Source of the DNA: Candidatus Methylomirabilia bacterium | GTDB lineage: Bacteria; Methylomirabilota; Methylomirabilia; Rokubacteriales; CSP1-6 | Reading direction: 5' to 3' | Assembly (NCBI GenBank): GCA_041496385.1 | Contig: JBGQEL010000102.1 | Span: forward strand, 1-15,137 | Length of the DNA stretch: 15,137 nucleotides | Shown here: positions 9,026 through 15,137 of the stretch, in pieces | Layout: each line of letters opens with the position of its first letter | Position numbering within the stretch: position 1 is the first letter of the stretch | Made by a program: the position numbers and the translations under genes | Notes under the pieces: model-generated | Database searches by the model: none | The model's input: the letters and a program-made list of their open reading frames with translations, nothing else | What the model was told of the DNA's origin: nothing

Positions 9026-10704
9026 GGACCTGGACGCCGGGCCCGCGGCTCGTCAGCGTGGTCGTGGGCGGGGGCGCGGCGGTCCTCGTACTCTATCCGA
9101 TCGCGTATCTCATCCAGGCCTCGCTGAGCGTGGGCGATCCGCAGGCCCGCCCGCCGGAGGCCTACGGGCTCGCCAACTACGCGGACCTCGGCCGCTACGC
9201 GCACATCTTCGGCAACACGCTGCTCGTCGCCGCGGTGGCGACGGTGCTGGCCGTCATCGTCGGGTTCGCCATGGGGTGGATCCTCTCGCGCACCAACGTG
9301 CCCGGCCGGGCGGCGTTCGAGCAGCTCATGGCCCTGCCGTACTACGTGACGCCGCTGATGGGCGCGCTCGCCTGGGCGCTCCTCGGCTCGCCGACGAGCG
9401 GCTTCGTCAATCAGATCTGGCGCGCGCTCGGGGGAGACGGCCACATCATCGACGTCAACACGCCGTGGGGGATCGCCTGGGTGATGGCACTCTTCGAGGG
9501 CTCGGTCGCCTTCGTGATGATCGGGGCCGTGATGAAATCCATGGACCCCGCGCTGGAGGAAGCCTCCCAGGTCCTCGGCGCCGGCCGCATGCGGACGATG
9601 CTGCGCATCACCCTGCCGCTGGTGCTGCCCGGCGTGCTCGGGGCGACCATCTTCGTCTTCGCCGAGATGCTCGGCTCGTTCTCGGCCGCGCTGGTGCTCG
9701 GGCTCCCCAGCCGCTTCTACGTCGTGACCACGGCCATGTACCAGCTCGTGTCCCAGTATCCGCCGCGCTTCCCGACGGCGGCGGCCATGGGCGTGTCGCT
9801 CTTCGCCGTGATGTTCGTGATGGTGTGGGCCTACCGTCGCATCGTGAGCGCCGGCAACTACGCCACCATCACGGGCAAGGCCTTCCGGCCGCGCGTCATG
9901 GACGTCGGACGCCTGCGCTGGCCGCTGCTCGGCATGTGCGTGGGCTATCTGGCCGTGGCCGTGATCCTCCCCGTGCTGACGATCCTCTATGCCTCGTTCC
10001 AGCGCCTGACGACCGTGTTCCCCCGCGCCGACAACTTCACGCTCGCCAACTACCGGACCGCGCTGTCGCTCGACGCGGTGCGCTCGGCGCTCTGGAACAG
10101 CCTGCTCCTCGGCTTCGCCACCGCGAGCATCGGCGTCGTCCTGATGGGCTTCCTCTCCTGGCTGATCTACCGCTCGCGCCTGCCCGGCGCCGGCGTCATC
10201 GAGTATCTGCTGATGTTCCCGCAGGCGGTCCCGCGCCTCGTCTTCGCCTTCGGGATGCTGTGGGCGTGGCTGGTCTTCCCGATCCCCATCTACGGCACGC
10301 TGTGGCTCCTGCTGATCGCGTACCTCACGGTGTTCCTGCCGCTGGGGCTGCGGACGATCTCGGGGGTGATTCTTCAGATCGATCGCTCGCTCGAGGAGTC
10401 CGCCCAGATGTGCGGGGCGACGTGGGGCTACCGCCTGCGCACGGTCACCATGCCGCTGCTCAAACCCGGCCTCGTCGCCGCGTGGCTCCTGCTCTTCATC
10501 GCCAGCGTCCGCGAGCTGGGCGCGTCGATCTTGCTGATGGGGCCGAAGTCCAAGGTCATCACCCCGGCCATCGTGGAATCGTGGTTCTCGACCAGCTCGG
10601 AGCTCACGGCGGCCCTGGCGCTCTTGCAGACGCTGGCGGTGGCCGCGGCTCTCGCGATCATGTTCGCGGTGGCCCGCCGCGCCGTCCAGGCCGGAGGCGA
10701 GTAG
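9022..10704 (+). CDS. ABC transporter fused double permease (FbpB/ThiP-like)
   Basis: Many TM segments and two EAA loops ([26 protein letters not shown]). GTG start overlaps the SBP stop (GTGA at 9022-9025); the ORF track alternative start is 9001. Confidence 0.9.
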   Translation: MRTWTPGPRLVSVVVGGGAAVLVLYPIAYLIQASLSVGDPQARPPEAYGLANYADLGRYAHIFGNTLLVAAVATVLAVIVGFAMGWILSRTNVPGRAAFEQLMALPYYVTPLMGALAWALLGSPTSGFVNQIWRALGGDGHIIDVNTPWGIAWVMALFEGSVAFVMIGAVMKSMDPALEEASQVLGAGRMRTMLRITLPLVLPGVLGATIFVFAEMLGSFSAALVLGLPSRFYVVTTAMYQLVSQYPPRFPTAAAMGVSLFAVMFVMVWAYRRIVSAGNYATITGKAFRPRVMDVGRLRWPLLGMCVGYLAVAVILPVLTILYASFQRLTTVFPRADNFTLANYRTALSLDAVRSALWNSLLLGFATASIGVVLMGFLSWLIYRSRLPGAGVIEYLLMFPQAVPRLVFAFGMLWAWLVFPIPIYGTLWLLLIAYLTVFLPLGLRTISGVILQIDRSLEESAQMCGATWGYRLRTVTMPLLKPGLVAAWLLLFIASVRELGASILLMGPKSKVITPAIVESWFSTSSELTAALALLQTLAVAAALAIMFAVARRAVQAGGE

Positions 10705-10706
10705 GC

Positions 10707-11798
10707 GTGAGCCAGGCGTCGATCGAGGTCCGCGACCTGATCGTGCGCTACGGCGCGGTCGCCGCGGTCCGCGGCGTGACGTTCACCGTCGGCGCGGGCG
10801 AGCACCTCACGCTGCTCGGCCCCTCGGGATGCGGCAAGACGACCACGCTGCGTGCGATCGCCGGGCTGGAGCGGCCGACGTCGGGCGAGATCCGGATCGG
10901 CGGCACCCCGGTGTTCTCGTCCTCGCCCAACGTGAACGTCCCCGCCGAGCGGCGCGGACTGTCCATGGTCTTCCAGTCCTACGCCATCTGGCCTCACATG
11001 AGCGTGTTCGACAACGTGGCCTACGGCCTCCGCGTCCGGCGGCGTCCGGCGGCCGAGGTCGCGACGCGCGTGCGCGAGGCCCTGGATTTGGTCCAGCTCG
11101 GCGACCTCGGCGCCCGTAGCGCGTCCAAGCTCTCGGGAGGCCAGCAGCAGCGCGTGGCGCTGGCCCGCGCGTTCGTGTTCTCGCCCTCGGTGCTCCTCTT
11201 CGACGAGCCGCTGTCGAACCTGGACGCCAAGCTGCGCGCCGAGATGCGGGTGGAGCTGAAGGAGCTGCAGCGCCGGCTCGACATCACGTCGGTGTACGTG
11301 ACCCACGATCTGGAGGAGGCGCTGGCCATTTCCGACCGGATCATCGTGATGCGCGACGGCGTCATCGAGCAGGTGGGGACGCCCGGGGAGATCTACGACC
11401 GGCCGCGCAACACCTTCGTCGCCGACTTCGTGGGCTCGGCCAACCTGATCCGCGGGCGCCGCCGCCCCGACCTCGAGCGCGACGGGCTCGTGGTCATCGA
11501 GACGCCGGGTGGGGCGCTCGTTCATGGGATCGCTCTCGACCGCCGCGCCGGGGCCGAGGCGCTCATGGCCGTGCGCACCGTGCACCTGCGCCTCGAGCGC
11601 GCGCGGCCGCCGGCGTCGGTCAACGCGTGGCCGGTGCGGATCCGGCAGCGTGTGTTCCAGGGCGACTTCACGCAATATCATGTCGACTGGGACGGCCGGC
11701 AGCTCATCGTGCGCTCGGCGGGAGCGGAACCAATGGCCGATGGAGACGAGGTGTTCGTCAGCGCCGAGCCCCGGCACTGCGTGCTGCTGGAGGACTGA
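10707..11798 (+). CDS. ABC transporter ATP-binding protein (FbpC/PotA-like, C-terminal TOBE)
   Basis: Walker [10 protein letters not shown]-loop VFQSYA, signature [13 protein letters not shown], Walker [13 protein letters not shown]-loop YVTHD. GTG start 2 nt after the permease stop, preceded by GGAGG. Confidence 0.93.
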   Translation: MSQASIEVRDLIVRYGAVAAVRGVTFTVGAGEHLTLLGPSGCGKTTTLRAIAGLERPTSGEIRIGGTPVFSSSPNVNVPAERRGLSMVFQSYAIWPHMSVFDNVAYGLRVRRRPAAEVATRVREALDLVQLGDLGARSASKLSGGQQQRVALARAFVFSPSVLLFDEPLSNLDAKLRAEMRVELKELQRRLDITSVYVTHDLEEALAISDRIIVMRDGVIEQVGTPGEIYDRPRNTFVADFVGSANLIRGRRRPDLERDGLVVIETPGGALVHGIALDRRAGAEALMAVRTVHLRLERARPPASVNAWPVRIRQRVFQGDFTQYHVDWDGRQLIVRSAGAEPMADGDEVFVSAEPRHCVLLED

Positions 11799-11809
11799 AA
11801 GGATCGGGC

Positions 11810-12370
11810 ATGGGACGCGTGGCCCTTCTCCTCGCGGTCGCCCTCTGGACCGGCGCGCTCTCGCTCGCGCAGGCGAGCGACGAGGTGTGGGACGCGCTGC
11901 GGACCCCCGGGAGCATCGTTTTGCTGCGCCACAGCTACGCTCCCGGTGGCTTCGATCCGCCCGACGCGCGGCTCGACGACTGCTCGACGCAGCGCAACCT
12001 CGACGACAACGGTCGCGCGCAGGCCCGGCGGACCGGCGAGGCGTACCGGCAGCACGGCATCGCGGTCGGCACCGTCCTCTCCAGCCCGCGCTGCCGCTGC
12101 CTGGACACGGCGCGCCTGGCCTTCGGGAGCGTAGAGTCGTGGGAGCCCTTGCAGGGCGCGCTCGGTGAAACGGAGCGCCGGCGGCGTCAAGTGGCCGAGA
12201 TCAAGCGGGCGATGGCGGCGCACACCGGGGAGCGTCCGCTCGTGCTGGTGACCCACGGCAGCGTGATCACCGACCTGACGGGGCTCAGCGTCCCGATGGG
12301 CGGGCTCGTCGTCCTGCGGCGCACGGCCGACGGCGGTCACGCCGTCGCGGGCCAGCTCTACGTCGACTGA
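11810..12370 (+). CDS. Exported histidine phosphatase (phosphoglycerate mutase-like) family protein
   Basis: AAGGA RBS before ATG 11810. Sec-type signal peptide (MGRVALLLAVALWTGALSLAQA). Catalytic motifs LLRHS, L-x3-GR-x-QA, SSPRCRCLDTA, LVTHG. Confidence 0.85.
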   Translation: MGRVALLLAVALWTGALSLAQASDEVWDALRTPGSIVLLRHSYAPGGFDPPDARLDDCSTQRNLDDNGRAQARRTGEAYRQHGIAVGTVLSSPRCRCLDTARLAFGSVESWEPLQGALGETERRRRQVAEIKRAMAAHTGERPLVLVTHGSVITDLTGLSVPMGGLVVLRRTADGGHAVAGQLYVD

Positions 12371-12400
12371 CTCGATTCGCGGCCCTGACAGGAGCGCGAC

Positions 12401-13336
12401 ATGAAATTCGGGATCCACATCGGCCACATGGGCGGCCCGCTCGCGGAGATGCGCAAGTTGTGGAAGTTCGCCGACGCGAACGGCTTCGACTGGTTCTCGG
12501 TCTCGGATCACTTCCAGGAGTCGCCGCCGCGCGGCGGGGACCTGGATTGCTACGAGGCGATCGCCACGCTGACCGCGGCGGCGATGGACACGCAGCGCGT
12601 CCGGCTCGGCAGCGGCGTCTACTGCGTCGCGTACCGGAACCCCGGGCTGCTCGCCAAGTCGCTCACCACGATCGACCATCTGTCGAACGGGCGCGTCGAG
12701 TGTGGATTGGGCGCCGGCTGGCACGACGTCGAAGCGAAGGCCTTCGGCATGGCGTTTCCCTCGATCGGGCCCCGCGAGGACATGCTCGAGGAGTACGCGC
12801 AGATCATGCGGCTGCTCCTCGACCCCGAGCAGCGGCGCGCCAGCTTCGCGGGCAAGCACTTCCAGGTGTCCAACGCCCCCAACAATCCCAAGCCGCTGCA
12901 GCCGCGCATCCCCATCTGGATCGGCGGGCGCGGCGAGAAGCGCACGCTCCGCGCGGCGGCGAAGTACGCCGACGGCTGGAACGGCGCCTACATCGGGCCG
13001 GACGACTGGAAGCACAAGAGCCAGGTGCTCGACCGGTGGTGCGAGACGGAAGGCCGCGATCCGAAGACCATCATGCGCACCGTGAACCTCGGCTTCTATC
13101 TCGGTGTCGATGCCAAGGGCGCCGCGCGCGCGGAGGAAGTCTTTCGCAGCCACTTCGGCACCGGCGACCGCGCCGACCGGACGGGCTATCTCCGCGGGAC
13201 GGTGAGGGACGCGCACGCGATGGTGGACCAGTTCCGCGCCCTCGGCTGCACGCGACTCAGCATCGCGTTCCGCAACGGACCGTACGACTGGGAAGCGCTG
13301 GAGGCCTTTGCCGCCGAGATCGTCCGCCGGGGCTGA
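12401..13336 (+). CDS. LLM (luciferase-like) class oxidoreductase, probably F420-dependent
   Basis: AGGAG RBS. Motifs GFDWFSVSDHF, YRNPGLLAK, DHLSNGRVECGLGAGW, PKPLQPRIPIWIGGRGEKRTLRAAAKYADGWN, typical of Mer-like F420-dependent LLM proteins. The cofactor cannot be proven from sequence alone. Confidence 0.85.
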   Translation: MKFGIHIGHMGGPLAEMRKLWKFADANGFDWFSVSDHFQESPPRGGDLDCYEAIATLTAAAMDTQRVRLGSGVYCVAYRNPGLLAKSLTTIDHLSNGRVECGLGAGWHDVEAKAFGMAFPSIGPREDMLEEYAQIMRLLLDPEQRRASFAGKHFQVSNAPNNPKPLQPRIPIWIGGRGEKRTLRAAAKYADGWNGAYIGPDDWKHKSQVLDRWCETEGRDPKTIMRTVNLGFYLGVDAKGAARAEEVFRSHFGTGDRADRTGYLRGTVRDAHAMVDQFRALGCTRLSIAFRNGPYDWEALEAFAAEIVRRG

Positions 13337-13358
13337 GGCGGCAGCCGGCGATGCCTGA

Positions 13359-14837
13359 CTAGACGACGTCGGCCAGCAGGCGAATCCCGGCTCGGATCTC
13401 TGCGTCCGTCAGCGAGGCGTAGCCGAAGAGGAGGCCGGCCCGCTGCGGAGGGCGCGCGTAGTACGGGCCGATCGGATAGACGCCGACACCGGCCCGCGCC
13501 GCGCGCGTGACGAGCGCGTCGAGGTCGCGCGGTCGGACGTCGTTGAGCCACACCAGCAGGTGCACGCCGGTGTTCTCCCCGGCGATCTCGACGCGGTCGC
13601 GAAAATGCTGCCGCAGCGCCTCGATCAGGGCGCGCCGCCGCGACGCGTTCCGGGCCCCGGCGCGACGCAGGTAGCGCTCGAACTGGCCGCTCGTGATGAA
13701 GTCGGTGAGCGCCTCCTGCGCGAGCCCGGCCGAGAATCGATCGGCCACCCACTTCGCGGCCAGGAACGGCCGTACGAGCGGGCGCGGGAGGACGGCATAC
13801 CCCAGGCGCAGCGCGGGGAACAAAGTCTTGGAGAAGGTGCCGACGTAGATGACCCGGCCGTGGCGGTCCAGCGATTGGAGCGCCTCGAGCGGGCGGCCTT
13901 CGTAGCGAAACTCGCTGATGTAGTCGTCCTCGACGACCCAGGCCCCGACGCGCGACGCCCAGTGCAGGAGGGCCAGGCGCCGCTCGAGCGGCATGATGAC
14001 GCCCGTCGGGAACTGATGGCACGGCGTGACGTACGCGAGCCGCGCGCGGGCGCCGGCCGTCGGCAGCCTGGCGGTGTCCAGCCCATCCGCGTCCACCGGA
14101 ACCCTGATCAGTCGCGCCCCGGCCGCCTCGAACGTAACGGCCGCGCCGGGGTAGTGCGGCTCCTCGACGACCGCGCCGTCGCCGGGGTCGAGCAGGACCC
14201 GCGCGGCGAGATCGAAGGCCTGCTGCGAGCCGTTGACGATGACGATCTGCCCGGCGTCGCACGCCACGCCGCGGGCCCGCCCGAGGTACTCGCTCAGCGC
14301 TTCCCGCAGCGGCCCGTAGCCGGCGGGAGACCCGTACCCGAAGGCGTCGCGCGGCGCCCGCCGCGCCCGGGCCGCGAGGAGTCGCCGCCAGATCTCGCGC
14401 GGGAACTCGTCAACGGCCGGGCGCCCGTAGCGGAAGTCGAAGCGCAGTCCGGGCCGGCCGGCGTACGAGGCCGACGGCGGCATGGCGGGGTCTCGAGTCA
14501 GGCGCCGCGCGTAGGCGGAGATCCGCGGCGATCCCTCCGCCTTCGGGCCGGCCGTCGCCGGCGGTGTCCGGGGCGGGACCGCGCCGGCCACCGATGTCGT
14601 CGACCGGTGGCGACTGACGACGTAGCCCTCGGCGGCGAGCTGCTCGTAGGCCAGCATGACCGTGTTGCGGGAGACGCCGAGGTCTGCCGCCAGCGTGCGC
14701 GTCGAGGGCAGGCGCGCGGTGGGGCCGAGCCGCCCCGCGCGGATCGCGGACTTGAGCGCGTGGTACACCCGGCGATAGAGGGGTTCGCCGGTCCCGCGCA
14801 GGTTCAGCAGCAGCGTGCTCGCGCCCCGTGACGCCAT
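13359..14837 (-). CDS. MocR/GabR-family transcriptional regulator (GntR wHTH + PLP-dependent aminotransferase-like domain)
   Basis: wHTH RLPSTRTLAADLGVSRNTVMLAYEQLAAEGY. AAT-like motifs NGSQQA, YVTPCHQFPTG, VEDDY, and GTFSKTLFPALRLGY with the PLP lysine retained. Confidence 0.95.
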   Translation of the reverse strand: MASRGASTLLLNLRGTGEPLYRRVYHALKSAIRAGRLGPTARLPSTRTLAADLGVSRNTVMLAYEQLAAEGYVVSRHRSTTSVAGAVPPRTPPATAGPKAEGSPRISAYARRLTRDPAMPPSASYAGRPGLRFDFRYGRPAVDEFPREIWRRLLAARARRAPRDAFGYGSPAGYGPLREALSEYLGRARGVACDAGQIVIVNGSQQAFDLAARVLLDPGDGAVVEEPHYPGAAVTFEAAGARLIRVPVDADGLDTARLPTAGARARLAYVTPCHQFPTGVIMPLERRLALLHWASRVGAWVVEDDYISEFRYEGRPLEALQSLDRHGRVIYVGTFSKTLFPALRLGYAVLPRPLVRPFLAAKWVADRFSAGLAQEALTDFITSGQFERYLRRAGARNASRRRALIEALRQHFRDRVEIAGENTGVHLLVWLNDVRPRDLDALVTRAARAGVGVYPIGPYYARPPQRAGLLFGYASLTDAEIRAGIRLLADVV

Positions 14838-14884
14838 CTGGCACCTGAGAATACATAAAAACTGGCTCTTTCACCAAGCCAGAT
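14836..14884. promoter_or_regulatory. Putative MocR-family operator in the divergent promoter: two direct CTGGC repeats plus one inverted GCCAG
   Basis: CTGGC at 14838-14842 and 14862-14866, GCCAG at 14878-14882, with an AT-rich spacer containing an A-tract (atacataaaaa) between the direct repeats. Matches the direct+inverted layout described for MocR-type regulators such as GabR and PdxR. Confidence 0.7.
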
Positions 14885-14903
14885 TCCGCGCGAGGATGTG
14901 GCC

Positions 14904-15137
14904 ATGCACACCACCGCGAGCGACCTCGAAACCCTGGAGCGACTCAACCGGGGCTACGTCCGATCGGCCGGGACCTCTGACGTGCTCTGGTACGGGGAGA
15001 ATCTGGCGGAGGATATCCTCGGCGACGTGGCGCTCATCCACGCGGGGTTCAGGGACAGAAAGCCCGACGGCCAGGTGGGACTGGGCCGCTACACCGACAT
15101 CTGGGCGCGCCGGCAGGGACGCTGGCTCTGCGTGGCC
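14904..15137 (+). CDS. DUF4440/NTF2-like (SnoaL-fold) protein, 3'-truncated by the window, apparently with an internal in-frame deletion (possible pseudogene)
   Basis: Not in the ORF track because there is no stop in the window. ATG 14904 after GAGGA. Translation: MHTTASDLETLERLNRGYVRSAGTSDVLWYGENLAED/ILGDVALIHAGFRDRKPDGQVGLGRYTDIWARRQGRWLCVA. The C-terminal GDVA...RYTDIWARRQGRW pattern is characteristic of DUF4440. Confidence 0.75.
   Translation, partial: MHTTASDLETLERLNRGYVRSAGTSDVLWYGENLAEDILGDVALIHAGFRDRKPDGQVGLGRYTDIWARRQGRWLCVA

Noticed and set aside
5805..11809. Extended N-termini in the ORF track (5805, 7037, 9276, 11627 starts) suggesting larger fusion proteins
   Set aside because: The extensions overlap upstream genes in other frames and are low-complexity. 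RBS and stop/start overlaps support starts at 6312, 7934, 10707 and 11810.
13337..13358. Bidirectional terminator between the convergent LLM and MocR genes
   Set aside because: Only a weak, imperfect GC pairing and no U/A tracts.
4492..14831. Other long overlapping alternative-frame or antisense ORFs (e.g. 4492-5451, 4853-5863, 6675-7874, 7673-8983, 10428-11777, 11678-13216, 13186-14262, 13560-14831)
   Set aside because: They overlap well-supported genes, are Arg/Pro/Ala/Gly-rich or motif-free, and are expected from stop-codon scarcity at high GC.
13359..14837. Assigning pdxR or gabR as gene symbol, and fbpABC to the transporter
   Set aside because: Family membership is clear, but no pdxST/gabTD neighbours or iron-specific evidence support orthology.

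Overview
GC-rich bacterial window, densely coding, with no rRNA, tRNA, CRISPR array or mobile element visible. In order: (1) the 3' part of an M20/M25/M40 metallo-hydrolase gene; (2) a translationally coupled three-gene signalling module made of a soluble six-GAF hybrid histidine kinase with two receivers, a stand-alone DivK-like receiver, and a fusion of tandem DHp-like hairpins, a receiver and a class III nucleotide cyclase; (3) an Fe3+/thiamine-class ABC importer (Tat-exported binding protein, fused permease, ATPase) followed by an exported histidine-phosphatase-family protein and an LLM-class (probably F420-dependent) oxidoreductase; (4) a convergent MocR/GabR regulator with a recognisable direct+inverted repeat operator upstream of a divergent DUF4440/NTF2-like gene that appears to carry an in-frame internal deletion. 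The most interesting element is the signalling module. The cyclase has an ATPase-less, internally duplicated DHp (one intact H-box, one degenerate) and non-canonical purine-specificity residues, and the kinase GAF array looks built from duplicated or swapped cassettes. All calls come from motif reading only; no database search was run.
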